A DNA stretch of 64,000 bases. Origin: Pseudolabrys sp. (GTDB lineage: Bacteria > Pseudomonadota > Alphaproteobacteria > Rhizobiales > Xanthobacteraceae). Positions 40,321 through 49,610 of this stretch are shown here, piece after piece. Location: positions 6,800-70,799 of the forward strand of contig DASRGN010000034.1 of assembly GCA_035651015.1 (NCBI GenBank), given 5' to 3'. Below the pieces are notes generated by a model. It was not told where the DNA came from and ran no database searches. It was given only the letters and a program-made list of their open reading frames with translations. How positions within the stretch are numbered: position 1 is the first letter of the stretch; every line of letters begins with the position of its first letter. Position numbers and translations under genes: made by a program.

Positions 40321-41049
40321 ATGGCCCCGATCCTCGCGCTCGAAAATATCGCGAAGCGGTTCGGGGCCATTGTCGTCGCCGACGGCATCGACCTCGCGCT
40401 CGCGGATGGTGAAGCGCTCGGGATCATCGGCCCGAACGGCGCCGGCAAGACCTCGCTGTTCGGCATCATCACTGGAACGCTTGCCCCTGATGCCGGCCGC
40501 GTGCTGCTCGGGAGCGAAGACGTCACGAGGCTCACGCCGGAGCGGCGCTGCCGCAAAGGCCTCGCCCGCTCCTTCCAGATCCCGCAGCCGTTCGGCGGCA
40601 TGACCGTGTTCGAGAATCTCGTCGTCGCGGCCGCGTTCGGTTCAGGGCGCGCGGAGCGCGACGTTTATGCGGCGAGCGCGCAGTTGCTCGAACGCTGTGG
40701 GCTCACCGACAAGGCCAATCGCGCCGCCAGCAGGTTGACGCTGCTCGACCGCAAGCGGCTCGAGCTCGCGCGTGCGCTGGCGACGCAGCCGCGCGTGCTG
40801 CTGCTCGACGAGGTGGCGGGCGGTCTCACCGAGCACGAATGCGCGGCGCTGATCGCGCTGATCAAGGAGGTGCGCGCGAGCGGCATTTCCATCATCTGGA
40901 TCGAGCATGTGGTGCATGCGCTCCTTGCCAGCGTGGATCGATTGCTCGTGCTGCACAGCGGCCGCTTCATCGCGCAAGGGGACCCGCAGACCGTGATCCG
41001 CAGCCCGCAGGTCGCGGAAATCTATATGGGGATCGCCGCCGATGCCTGA
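40321..41049 (+). CDS. ABC ATPase, LivG-like
   Basis: [17 protein letters not shown]. Confidence 0.92.
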   Translation: MAPILALENIAKRFGAIVVADGIDLALADGEALGIIGPNGAGKTSLFGIITGTLAPDAGRVLLGSEDVTRLTPERRCRKGLARSFQIPQPFGGMTVFENLVVAAAFGSGRAERDVYAASAQLLERCGLTDKANRAASRLTLLDRKRLELARALATQPRVLLLDEVAGGLTEHECAALIALIKEVRASGISIIWIEHVVHALLASVDRLLVLHSGRFIAQGDPQTVIRSPQVAEIYMGIAADA

Positions 41050-41746
41050 GCCGCTGCTCGAAGTGCGCGGGCTCGACGCCTATTACGGCGACTTCCAGGC
41101 GCTGTTCGGCGTCAACCTGCGCGTCGAGGCGGGCGAGGTCGTCGCCGCGATCGGCGCCAACGGCGCCGGCAAGTCGACGCTGCTGAAAAGCATCGCCGGG
41201 CTGATGCGGCCGCAACGCGGCGACATCTTGTTCGACGGCGCGCCGATCGGCGGCCTGCCCGCATTCAGCGTCGTCGGGTGCGGCATTGCGCTGGTGCCGG
41301 AAGGCCGCCGCCTGTTCCCGTCGCTATCGCTCGAAGAAAATCTGCTGATCGGCGGCCAACTGCGGCGACCCGGACCATGGACCCTGCAACGCGTCTACGA
41401 GCTCTTCCCAATGCTCGCCGAGCGCAAGCACATGCCGGCGCCGGCACTCTCCGGCGGCCAGCAGCAGATGGTCGCCATCGGCCGCGCGTTGATGGCGAAC
41501 CCGAAGCTTCTCTTGTGTGATGAGATCAGTCTCGGCCTGGCACCGATCGTCGTGCGCGACATCTATGCGCGATTGCCGCAGATCGTCGGCGAAGGCTCAT
41601 CGCTCGTCATCGTCGAGCAGGACATCGTGCAGGCACTCAAGGCCGCGCGCCACGTCACCTGCCTGCAGGAAGGCCGCGTAGCGCTGCAAGGCGAGGCCGC
41701 GAGCCTCACCGCTAAGTCGATCTCCGCGGCGTATTTCGGGATGTGA
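41042..41746 (+). CDS. ABC ATPase, LivF-like
   Basis: GANGAGKST, LSGGQQQM, VPEGRRLF. Confidence 0.92.
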   Translation: MPEPLLEVRGLDAYYGDFQALFGVNLRVEAGEVVAAIGANGAGKSTLLKSIAGLMRPQRGDILFDGAPIGGLPAFSVVGCGIALVPEGRRLFPSLSLEENLLIGGQLRRPGPWTLQRVYELFPMLAERKHMPAPALSGGQQQMVAIGRALMANPKLLLCDEISLGLAPIVVRDIYARLPQIVGEGSSLVIVEQDIVQALKAARHVTCLQEGRVALQGEAASLTAKSISAAYFGM

Positions 41747-41749
41747 TGC

Positions 41750-42616
41750 GTGAACTGGGTCAACATCATCCTGCAAGGCGTGCTGGTGGGCGGGCTCTAC
41801 GCCATGTTCGCCGCCGGCCTCGCTTTGATCTTCGGGGTGATGCGGCTCGTCAACATCGCCCATGGCGACCTGATCGTGCTCGCGGCCTATGTGGCGCTGA
41901 TGGTGACGAGCGCGGTCGGGCTCAATCCGCTCGTCTCGCTCGTGCTCGTGGTGCCGATCATGGCGGCGATCGGCTACCTGCTGCAGCGTGGTCTCCTCAA
42001 CCGCACGCTCGGCGACGATCTCCTGCCACCACTCCTCGTCACCTTCGGGCTCTCGATCATCATCCAGAACGGATTGCTCGAGCTGTTCACCGCCGACAGC
42101 CGCAAGCTGCAGGCGGGATCGATCGAGGTCGCCGCCTTCCAGGCGATTCCCGATGTGTGGATCGGCGTGCTGCCGCTCATTCAATTCGTCGTTGCGGTGG
42201 CGGTCATCGGCGGATTGCAGCTCTTGTTTTATCGCACGGCGCTTGGCCGCGCCTTTCGCGCCACCTCGGACGACCAGGCGGTGGCGCAACTCATGGGCCT
42301 CGATACCCGCCGCGTCTTCGCGCTGGCCATGGCGCTGTCGCTCGCCGTCGTCGCCATTGCGGGCGTGTTCCTTGCGGTGCGCGCCAATTTCGACCCGGCC
42401 ATAGGCCCGGCGCGGCTGATCTTCGGGTTCGAGGCGGTGATCATCGGTGGCCTCGGCAGCATGTGGGGCACGCTCGCCGGCGGTATCATCCTCGGGGTCG
42501 CGCAGGCCGTCGGCGCGCAGATCGATCCCGGCTGGCAGGTGCTCGCCGGGCATGTCGCCTTTCTCGTTGTGCTGGCGCTGCGCCCCGGCGGCCTGTTTCC
42601 GAAGGTTGCGGCATGA
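41750..42616 (+). CDS. ABC permease, LivH-like
   Basis: GVMRLVNIAHG; IIGGLGS. Confidence 0.92.
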   Translation: MNWVNIILQGVLVGGLYAMFAAGLALIFGVMRLVNIAHGDLIVLAAYVALMVTSAVGLNPLVSLVLVVPIMAAIGYLLQRGLLNRTLGDDLLPPLLVTFGLSIIIQNGLLELFTADSRKLQAGSIEVAAFQAIPDVWIGVLPLIQFVVAVAVIGGLQLLFYRTALGRAFRATSDDQAVAQLMGLDTRRVFALAMALSLAVVAIAGVFLAVRANFDPAIGPARLIFGFEAVIIGGLGSMWGTLAGGIILGVAQAVGAQIDPGWQVLAGHVAFLVVLALRPGGLFPKVAA

Positions 42617-43623
42617 AGGTCGCACATGCCACTCGCTCCAGTCAGATCGGCACCGCGCTGTTCGCGCTGGCGCTGGTGATCCTCGCCGCCGCCCCACTCT
42701 GGGGCGACCGGCAGGCCCTGCGGCTGCTCGCGGAGATCTACACCTTCGTCGCCTTGGCCAGTCTGTGGAACCTGCTCGCCGGCTATGCCGGCCTTGTCTC
42801 GGTCGGACAGCAGGCCTTCGTCGGCTTCGGCGGTTATCTCCTCTTCGCGCTCACCATGCTCGCCGGCGTGCATCCGCTCCTCGCCATCCCGATTGCCGGG
42901 TTTGCCGCCGCCATCGTCTCGGTGCCGGTCGCCGCGCTGATGTTTCGGCTGCGGGGCCACTATTTCGCCATCGGCACCTGGGTGATGGCGGAAGTCTTCC
43001 GCCTGGTGGCGGCGCAGATCTCTGTGCTGGGCGGCGGCTCCGGCGTCAGCCTGCCGGCCTCGATCGTCATCGGCATGGCGCCGACGCGGACGCTGCGCGA
43101 GTTCGAGACCTATTGGCTGGCGCTCGTGCTCGTCGCCGGGATCATCACCGCCATCGTCATGCTGCTGCGCTCGCGCTACGGATTGGCGCTCACCGCCATC
43201 CGCGACAACGAGCTCGCGGCGCGCAGCAACGGCGTCAACGTGCTGCGCATCAAATACATCGTCTATGTGATCACCGCCTTCGGCACGGCGATGGTCGGCG
43301 CGCTCATTTTCCTGCAGAAGCTGCGCATCTCGCCGGACACCGCCTTCAGCGTCAACGATTGGACCGCCTATGTGATTTTCATCACCGTGATCGGCGGGAT
43401 CGGCCGCGTCGAAGGGCCGATCATCGGCACGGTCATCTTCTTCCTGCTGCGGCAGACGCTGGCCGATCTCGGCAGTCTCTACCTGATGATGCTCGGCGTC
43501 GTGGCGATCGTGGTCATGCTGTGGGCGCCGAAAGGTCTGTGGGGGCTTGTCGTCGCGCGTTTCGGCTGGCAGGCATTCCCCCTGCAGCGGCGGCTCATTG
43601 TCAGCACGCCCGAGGAAGGATGA
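42613..43623 (+). CDS. ABC permease, LivM-like
   Basis: WNLLAGYAGLVSVG, RLRGHYFAIGT, AIRDNELAARSNG. Confidence 0.92.
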   Translation: MKVAHATRSSQIGTALFALALVILAAAPLWGDRQALRLLAEIYTFVALASLWNLLAGYAGLVSVGQQAFVGFGGYLLFALTMLAGVHPLLAIPIAGFAAAIVSVPVAALMFRLRGHYFAIGTWVMAEVFRLVAAQISVLGGGSGVSLPASIVIGMAPTRTLREFETYWLALVLVAGIITAIVMLLRSRYGLALTAIRDNELAARSNGVNVLRIKYIVYVITAFGTAMVGALIFLQKLRISPDTAFSVNDWTAYVIFITVIGGIGRVEGPIIGTVIFFLLRQTLADLGSLYLMMLGVVAIVVMLWAPKGLWGLVVARFGWQAFPLQRRLIVSTPEEG

Positions 43624-44633
43624 GCATGAGCGACACGATCATCGATATTTTTTGCCATATCTTCCCGGACCGCTTCTTCCAGGAGATGACCGCGGCCGCA
43701 CCGAAGCTCGAGAATATCGGCATGCGCTTGCGTGGCATCAAGAAGCTGTTCGACCTCGATGAGCGCTTCCGCGAAATGGATCAGTTCGGCGATTACCGCG
43801 AGATCATCTCGCTGCCCAATCCGGCGATCGAGGATCTGGTCAAGCCGGATGTCGGCCTGCGGCTTGCGCGCATCGCCAACGACGCCATGGCAGAGCTGTG
43901 CGCCAAGCACCCCAAGCGCTTCCCCGCTTTCGCCGCCGCTATCTGTCTTACGGACATCGACGGCTCGATCAAGGAGGCCGAGCGCGCGATCACAACGCTC
44001 GGGGCGCGCGGCGTACAGATCTTCACCAGCATCGCCGGCGAGCCCCTCGATCAGCCGAAATTCGATCCGTTCTTTGCGTTACTGGCGAGGCACGGCCTGC
44101 CGGTGTGGCTGCATCCGGTGCGCACCGCGGCGATGCCGGATTATCCGTCCGAGCAGAAGTCACGTTACGAGATGTGGTGGTGCTTCGGCTGGCCTTACGA
44201 CACCTCCGTCGCCATGCTGCGCCTGGTGTTTAGCGGCCTGCTCGACCGCTATCCGAAGCTCAAGATCATCACCCACCATCTCGGCGGCATGATCCCGTTC
44301 TATGACGGACGCGTCGGCCCCGGCCTGAAGGTGCTCGGCGCCCGCACCTCGGATGAGAACTATTCGCAGGTGCTACCATCGCTCAAACGCCCGCACATGG
44401 ACTATCTGCACGACTTTTACGGCGATACCGCGCTGTTCGGCGGCGGTGTGCATGCCGTGCGCTGCGGGCTCGAATTCTTCGGCGCCGAGCACGTGGTGTT
44501 CGCTACCGACACACCGCTCGGCCCGATCGCACCAACGATCAAGGCCATCGATGCGCTCGGGCTCACCGCCGAAGATCGCCGGAAAATTCTCTGTGGGAAC
44601 GCGGAGCGGCTGCTGAATATGAAGTTCAGCTAG
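43620..44633 (+). CDS. Amidohydrolase_2 family protein
   Basis: DIFCH, WLHP, THHLGG, FATDTP. Confidence 0.88.
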   Translation: MSMSDTIIDIFCHIFPDRFFQEMTAAAPKLENIGMRLRGIKKLFDLDERFREMDQFGDYREIISLPNPAIEDLVKPDVGLRLARIANDAMAELCAKHPKRFPAFAAAICLTDIDGSIKEAERAITTLGARGVQIFTSIAGEPLDQPKFDPFFALLARHGLPVWLHPVRTAAMPDYPSEQKSRYEMWWCFGWPYDTSVAMLRLVFSGLLDRYPKLKIITHHLGGMIPFYDGRVGPGLKVLGARTSDENYSQVLPSLKRPHMDYLHDFYGDTALFGGGVHAVRCGLEFFGAEHVVFATDTPLGPIAPTIKAIDALGLTAEDRRKILCGNAERLLNMKFS

Positions 44634-44642
44634 CCCGCATTC

Positions 44643-44855
44643 TTAGTGCGACCTGACCTTCTTCTTGGCTTCGCCCAAGATCACGCCGGTCCAGCTCGGT
44701 GGATCGCTGGCGGGGAAGCTGTCTTCTGAACTGATCACGACCTCATCGTCCTTGGCGCTGACCTGGCTGCGCTCCTTCTGCTTTTGCTGTTTGTCCCCCT
44801 TATCCTTTTCCAAATGCGGATCGGGGTGTTGATGGCGATTCATGCCTGTCTCCAT
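44643..44855 (-). CDS. Small hypothetical protein with SFPASDPP motif
   Basis: SSEDSFPASDPPSWT; start at 44855 or 44843. Confidence 0.65.
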   Translation of the reverse strand: METGMNRHQHPDPHLEKDKGDKQQKQKERSQVSAKDDEVVISSEDSFPASDPPSWTGVILGEAKKKVRSH

Positions 44856-44919
44856 GGATAAGCGGCGCCATGCCGCAAACACCTTAAGCAACGGAACTCG
44901 TTGAATTTCCCGCACTATA

Positions 44920-44944
44920 GGAACTGCCAAGGCGGCGGGACGTT
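44920..44944 (+). promoter_or_regulatory. EcfG-type promoter GGAAC-N16-CGTT
   Basis: GGAACtgccaaggcggcgggaCGTT, 64 nt before ATG 45009. Confidence 0.7.
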
Positions 44945-45008
44945 CCCCGGGGAAGCGCGCATGCCCAGCCGGCGGCGCGCATCCACGCAACAAGCCGAAT
45001 TTGAGCCC

Positions 45009-45638
45009 ATGACAGCGTCTCGCCCCGCTCCATCGTCCTCCTCACGCGGCTTCAGCCGGCGGAACTTCCTCACCTCCACGGTGGTATCGACCATGAGTGT
45101 CAGCCTCCTCGAGCGGCCGTCCGCCGCCAAACCCGCGGCCGCGACGCCATCCGACGTGCGCAGCCCTCTATCCATGACGTTGCGCATCAACGGCAGCGAC
45201 CACCACCTGGCACTCGACTCGCGCACCACGCTGCTCGATGCGCTGCGTGAGCACATCGGGCTCACCGGCAGCAAGAAAGGCTGCGATCAGGGCCAGTGCG
45301 GCGCCTGCACGGTGCTCATCGACGGGCGCCGCGTCCTCTCCTGCCTGACGCTCGCCGCGGTGGCCGAAGGCCATGAGGTCGTCACCATCGAAGGTCTCGC
45401 CAAGGCAGATGGGACGCTGCATCCGATGCAGCAGGCCTTCATCGATCACGACGCTTTCCAGTGCGGTTATTGCACGCCCGGCCAGATCATGTCGGCAGTC
45501 GGCTGCGTCAACGAAGGACACGCCGGGAGCGATGCGCAGATACGCGAATACATGAGCGGCAATCTCTGCCGCTGCGGCGCTTATGTGAACATCGTCGACG
45601 CCATCAATCAGGCGAAGACCAAGATGAAGGAGGCCTGA
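45009..45638 (+). CDS. PaoA/YagT-like 2Fe-2S subunit with Tat signal
   Basis: SRRNFL; GCDQGQCGACT; QCGYC; NLCRCG. Confidence 0.92.
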   Translation: MTASRPAPSSSSRGFSRRNFLTSTVVSTMSVSLLERPSAAKPAAATPSDVRSPLSMTLRINGSDHHLALDSRTTLLDALREHIGLTGSKKGCDQGQCGACTVLIDGRRVLSCLTLAAVAEGHEVVTIEGLAKADGTLHPMQQAFIDHDAFQCGYCTPGQIMSAVGCVNEGHAGSDAQIREYMSGNLCRCGAYVNIVDAINQAKTKMKEA

Positions 45639-45639
45639 C

Positions 45640-46668
45640 ATGCGCCCCTTCCAATACGAGCGCATCGCCGATGCGCACGCCGCCGTGCAGGCCGGCATGA
45701 CCGCAGCTTCGCCGGCGAAAGAGCCCTCGGTGCTGACCCCCGTGCAATATCTAGCCGGCGGCACCAATCTGATCGACATGATGAAGCTCGACATCATGCG
45801 GCCGCAGCGGCTCGTCGATATCAATGCGCTCGGGCAAGGGCGGCTCGGCCGCATCGAGACGAACGGGAACGGACTATGGCTCGGGGCGCTCGCGCGCATG
45901 GCGCAGGTGGCCGACCATCCCGAGGTGAAGCAGAATTATCCCGTGATCGCCGAAGCGCTCGCGCTGGCCGCCAGCGCGCAGCTGCGCAACATGGCGAGCC
46001 TCGGCGGCAACGTGCTGCAGCGAACGCGCTGCAGCTATTATCGCGATGTCTCGTACACCGAATGCAACAAGCGCAATCCAGGCTCCGGCTGTGCGGCCAT
46101 GGACGGCGTCAACCGCACGCACGCCGTGCTCGGCGTCAGCGATCAGTGTATCGCGACGTATCCCGGCGACTTCGCCCAGGCGCTGATCGCGCTCGACGCC
46201 AAGGTCGAAGTGGCGGGAACGCGCGGTTCGCGCAACATTCCTTTTGCCGAGCTGCATCGCCTGCCGGGGAGCACGCCGCAGCTCGAAACGGCGCTGGCGC
46301 CGGGTGAGCTGATTGTCGCGTTTTCGATCCCGGCGCTGCCGTTCGCCAAGCGCTCGCGCTATCTCAAAGTCCGCGATCGCGAATCCTACGAGTTCGCGCT
46401 GGCCTCCGCCGCGGTCGCTCTCGAGATGGACGGCAACACGGTGCGTCAGGCGCGTATCGCGCTCGGCGGCGTCGCCACCGTGCCGTGGCGTGCGCGCACC
46501 GCGGAAGAGCGGCTCAAAGGCGTCACGCTCGACGACGAGGCGCTCAACGGCGCAGCCGATCTCGCCTTCGCCAATGCGGCGCCACGCGCCCACAACGCCT
46601 TCAAGGTCGAGCTCGGCAAACGCACCCTGATCCGCGCGCTGCGCGAGACCGCGGCCATGGAGATCTGA
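45640..46668 (+). CDS. PaoB/YagS-like FAD subunit
   Basis: AGGTNLID, QLRNMASLGGN, four Cys (RC..C..GC..C), KVRDRESYEFA. Confidence 0.92.
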   Translation: MRPFQYERIADAHAAVQAGMTAASPAKEPSVLTPVQYLAGGTNLIDMMKLDIMRPQRLVDINALGQGRLGRIETNGNGLWLGALARMAQVADHPEVKQNYPVIAEALALAASAQLRNMASLGGNVLQRTRCSYYRDVSYTECNKRNPGSGCAAMDGVNRTHAVLGVSDQCIATYPGDFAQALIALDAKVEVAGTRGSRNIPFAELHRLPGSTPQLETALAPGELIVAFSIPALPFAKRSRYLKVRDRESYEFALASAAVALEMDGNTVRQARIALGGVATVPWRARTAEERLKGVTLDDEALNGAADLAFANAAPRAHNAFKVELGKRTLIRALRETAAMEI

Positions 46669-46669
46669 C

Positions 46670-48952
46670 ATGAACCGAGCCGCTCCCGAAGCCAAAGCCA
46701 ATATGGGCCAGCCCGTCCCGCGTTACGACGCGCGGCTCAAGGTCACCGGCGAAGCGCGCTACCCTTCCGACATGCCGGTCGGAAATCCAGCCTTTGCCAT
46801 GCTGGTGACGAGCCCGATCGCCCGAGGCCGCATCAACACGATCGATGCGAGCGAAGCGCAGGCCGTGCCCGGCGTGCTCGACATCCTCACCTACGAAAAC
46901 ACGCAGGAGCTCAAGCAGATCAAATACGCCCCCGGTGGCGGCGGTCCGAGCACCTCGATCCAGGGCTACGGACCGGAAATCGCGCATGACGGACAGATCG
47001 TGGCGCTCGTCGTCGCCGAAACCTACGAGGCGGCGCGCGAGGCGCACTACAAGCTGAAGATCGACTACGTATCCGAACAGCCGAGCGCCAGTTTCGGCGC
47101 GCCAGGTGCCTCGGAAGAAGACGCCAGCAAAGCCTCGGCGCGGGCGAAGGAGCTGCCGCAAGCCGGCGACGCCGAAGGGGCATTCTCCTCTGCCGAGGTG
47201 AAGCTCGACGTCGAATACGCCACGCCGACCCAGCATCACAATGCGATGGAGCTGTTCACCACCACCTGTGCGTGGACCGACGGGCAATTGACCGTCCACG
47301 AGCCGAGCCAGTTCATGTACGGCTTGAAGAACGCAACGGCGCAGCGGCTTGGCATCAGCCCCGACAAGGTGCGTGCCGTGAGCCGCTTCGTCGGCGGCGC
47401 CTTTGGCTCCAAAGCGCAGCAGACGCCGCGCACGGCGCTGGTTGCGCTCGCCGCCAAGCGGTTGAACCGGCCGGTGAAGCTCGTCCCCACGCGCGACCAG
47501 GGCTTCACCATCGCGACTTATCGCGCCGAGACCAAGCATCACATCCGCATGGGCGCGCAGCGTGACGGCAAGATTGCTTCCTTCATCCACGAAGGCTTCG
47601 AGGTCACCTCGCGGCCCGATCCGTACTGCGTCGCTGGCGTCGAGGACAGTGCGCGCATGTACGGCTATGGCGCGGTGAAGACGCATGTGACGATTGTGCA
47701 TGCCGACCGCAACACGCCGGGCTTCATGCGCTCGCCGCCGGTGGTGCCCTATATCTACGCGCTGGAAAGCGCCATGGACGAGCTCGCGATCAAGCTCAAC
47801 ATGGATCCGGTCGAGCTGCGCCGCGTCAACGACGCCATGCAGGACGCGACCGGCAAGCCCTGGAGTAGCCGCTCATTGATGCAGTGTTACGATGCGGCGA
47901 AGGAGGCCTTCGGCTGGTCGAGGCACAATCCGCAGCCGGGATCGATGCGCGAGGGCAACTGGTTGATCGGCTGGGGCTGCGCCAGCGCGTTCTATCCGAG
48001 CCATGTCGGCGCCGCGGCGGCGCGCGTCCGGCTTATGTCGAACGGCGAAGCGATCGTGCAAATTGCCGGCCACGATATCGGCACCGGCGCGTACACCGTG
48101 ATCGGGCAGATGGCCGCGGAACGCCTGGGCCTTCCGGTCGAAGCGGTGACCGTCGAAATTGGCGACAGCAACCTGCCGCCCTGCCCCGTTGCCGGTGGCT
48201 CGAACAACACCGCCAGTACCGGCTGCGCGGTGACGAAGGCTTGCGACGCCATCCGCGATCGCCTGGCGCGCGCCGGCGCCAACCAGGAAGCACCGCAGCG
48301 GCGACCGCCCGCCAACGTGCCGGAAACGCAAGGCCGCGGCGCCCCGGCGCCGCAGGATGCGCGACAGCTGCGCGAGACCGCCTTCAAGAAGCTCGGCGTC
48401 GGGGCCATCGAGGAATATGCCGAATTCCTCCCCGAGGGCAGCAAGCCCGACGCGATGCAGAAGCTCTATGCCGGGCAGCCGTCACTCGGCGGCGGCTCGA
48501 TGGGCAAGAAGCTGATGTATGCCATGGGCGCTGAATTCGTCGAGGTGCGCGTGCACGCGTTGACCCGTGAAATTCGCGTGCCGCGCATCATCGGCGCTTT
48601 TGCCGGCGGCCACATCGTCAATCCGCGCACCGCGCGCAGCCAGTATATCGGCGGCATGGTCTGGGGCATTGCCTCGGCGCTGCACGAAGCGACCGAGATC
48701 GACGAACGGAATGCGCGCTACATCAACGACAACTTCGCCGACTACCTGGTGCCGGTGAATGCCGACATCCAGGAGATGGAAGCAATCCTCATCTCGGAGG
48801 AGGATCACGACGTCAATCCCATCGGCGTCAAAGGCATCGGCGAGCTCGCCAATGTCGGCACCGCTGCCGCGGTCGCCAATGCGGTCTATCACGCCACCGG
48901 CGTGCGCGTGCGGCAACTGCCGATCCGCTTGGAGAAGTTGTTGACGACGTAG
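46670..48952 (+). CDS. PaoC/YagR-like molybdopterin subunit
   Basis: KVTGEARY, HHNAME, GGAFGSK, DIGTG, KGIGE. Confidence 0.9.
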   Translation: MNRAAPEAKANMGQPVPRYDARLKVTGEARYPSDMPVGNPAFAMLVTSPIARGRINTIDASEAQAVPGVLDILTYENTQELKQIKYAPGGGGPSTSIQGYGPEIAHDGQIVALVVAETYEAAREAHYKLKIDYVSEQPSASFGAPGASEEDASKASARAKELPQAGDAEGAFSSAEVKLDVEYATPTQHHNAMELFTTTCAWTDGQLTVHEPSQFMYGLKNATAQRLGISPDKVRAVSRFVGGAFGSKAQQTPRTALVALAAKRLNRPVKLVPTRDQGFTIATYRAETKHHIRMGAQRDGKIASFIHEGFEVTSRPDPYCVAGVEDSARMYGYGAVKTHVTIVHADRNTPGFMRSPPVVPYIYALESAMDELAIKLNMDPVELRRVNDAMQDATGKPWSSRSLMQCYDAAKEAFGWSRHNPQPGSMREGNWLIGWGCASAFYPSHVGAAAARVRLMSNGEAIVQIAGHDIGTGAYTVIGQMAAERLGLPVEAVTVEIGDSNLPPCPVAGGSNNTASTGCAVTKACDAIRDRLARAGANQEAPQRRPPANVPETQGRGAPAPQDARQLRETAFKKLGVGAIEEYAEFLPEGSKPDAMQKLYAGQPSLGGGSMGKKLMYAMGAEFVEVRVHALTREIRVPRIIGAFAGGHIVNPRTARSQYIGGMVWGIASALHEATEIDERNARYINDNFADYLVPVNADIQEMEAILISEEDHDVNPIGVKGIGELANVGTAAAVANAVYHATGVRVRQLPIRLEKLLTT

Positions 48953-48954
48953 GC

Positions 48955-49575
48955 TTATGCGGCGGCCAGCTCACCGAGCGCCCGCACGCAGCCCTTGAGG
49001 TCGCGAACGAACGCGCGGTACTGCGCCGCCTTGTCGGCCTCATCGTCGATGCGCAAGAGATACGACGGGTGGATGGTCGCAATCATGCTGCCGCCGTCTG
49101 CAAGCGGAATCACCGTGCCGCGGATTTTTGAGATCGTCAGCGGCCGCCCGGAGATGCTGCGCACCGCGGTCGCGCCAAGCGCGACAATGAGCTGTGGCCT
49201 GACGATCGTGCGCTCGAGGTCGACCCACCAATGGCAGCGCTCGATCTCGTAAGCATTCGGGCGCTTGTGCAGGCGACGCTTGCCGCGCGGCTCGAACTTG
49301 AAGTGTTTCACCGCATTCGTGACGAAAACCTTCTTGCGGTCGATGCCGGCTTCTTCAATGGCCTGATCCAGCATGCGCCCGGCCGGCCCGACGAACGGCT
49401 GCCCCGCGATGTCTTCCTTATCGCCCGGCTGCTCGCCGACCATCATGATCGGCGCCCGTGTGGGCCCTTCGCCTGGCACAACCTGCGTCGCGTGCTTGTA
49501 AAGCGGGCAGCGCGTGCAGCTAGCCTCGGCGTCGCGCAGCGCTTTCAGGGTCCTGATGGCGGGCAGCTCGGCCAT
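48955..49575 (-). CDS. udgX: UdgX-type uracil-DNA binding protein
   Basis: CTRC (4Fe-4S), GEQPG, GKRRLHK R-loop, HPSYLLR. Confidence 0.88.
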   Translation of the reverse strand: MAELPAIRTLKALRDAEASCTRCPLYKHATQVVPGEGPTRAPIMMVGEQPGDKEDIAGQPFVGPAGRMLDQAIEEAGIDRKKVFVTNAVKHFKFEPRGKRRLHKRPNAYEIERCHWWVDLERTIVRPQLIVALGATAVRSISGRPLTISKIRGTVIPLADGGSMIATIHPSYLLRIDDEADKAAQYRAFVRDLKGCVRALGELAAA

Positions 49576-49582
49576 GTTGGTC

Positions 49583-49608
49583 AACCGCCGCCGCCAAGCG
49601 GGAGTTCC
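49583..49608 (-). promoter_or_regulatory. EcfG-type promoter GGAAC-N17-GGTT
   Basis: The -10 element ends 7 nt before the udgX ATG; no RBS is present. Confidence 0.6.
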
Positions 49609-49610
49609 CG

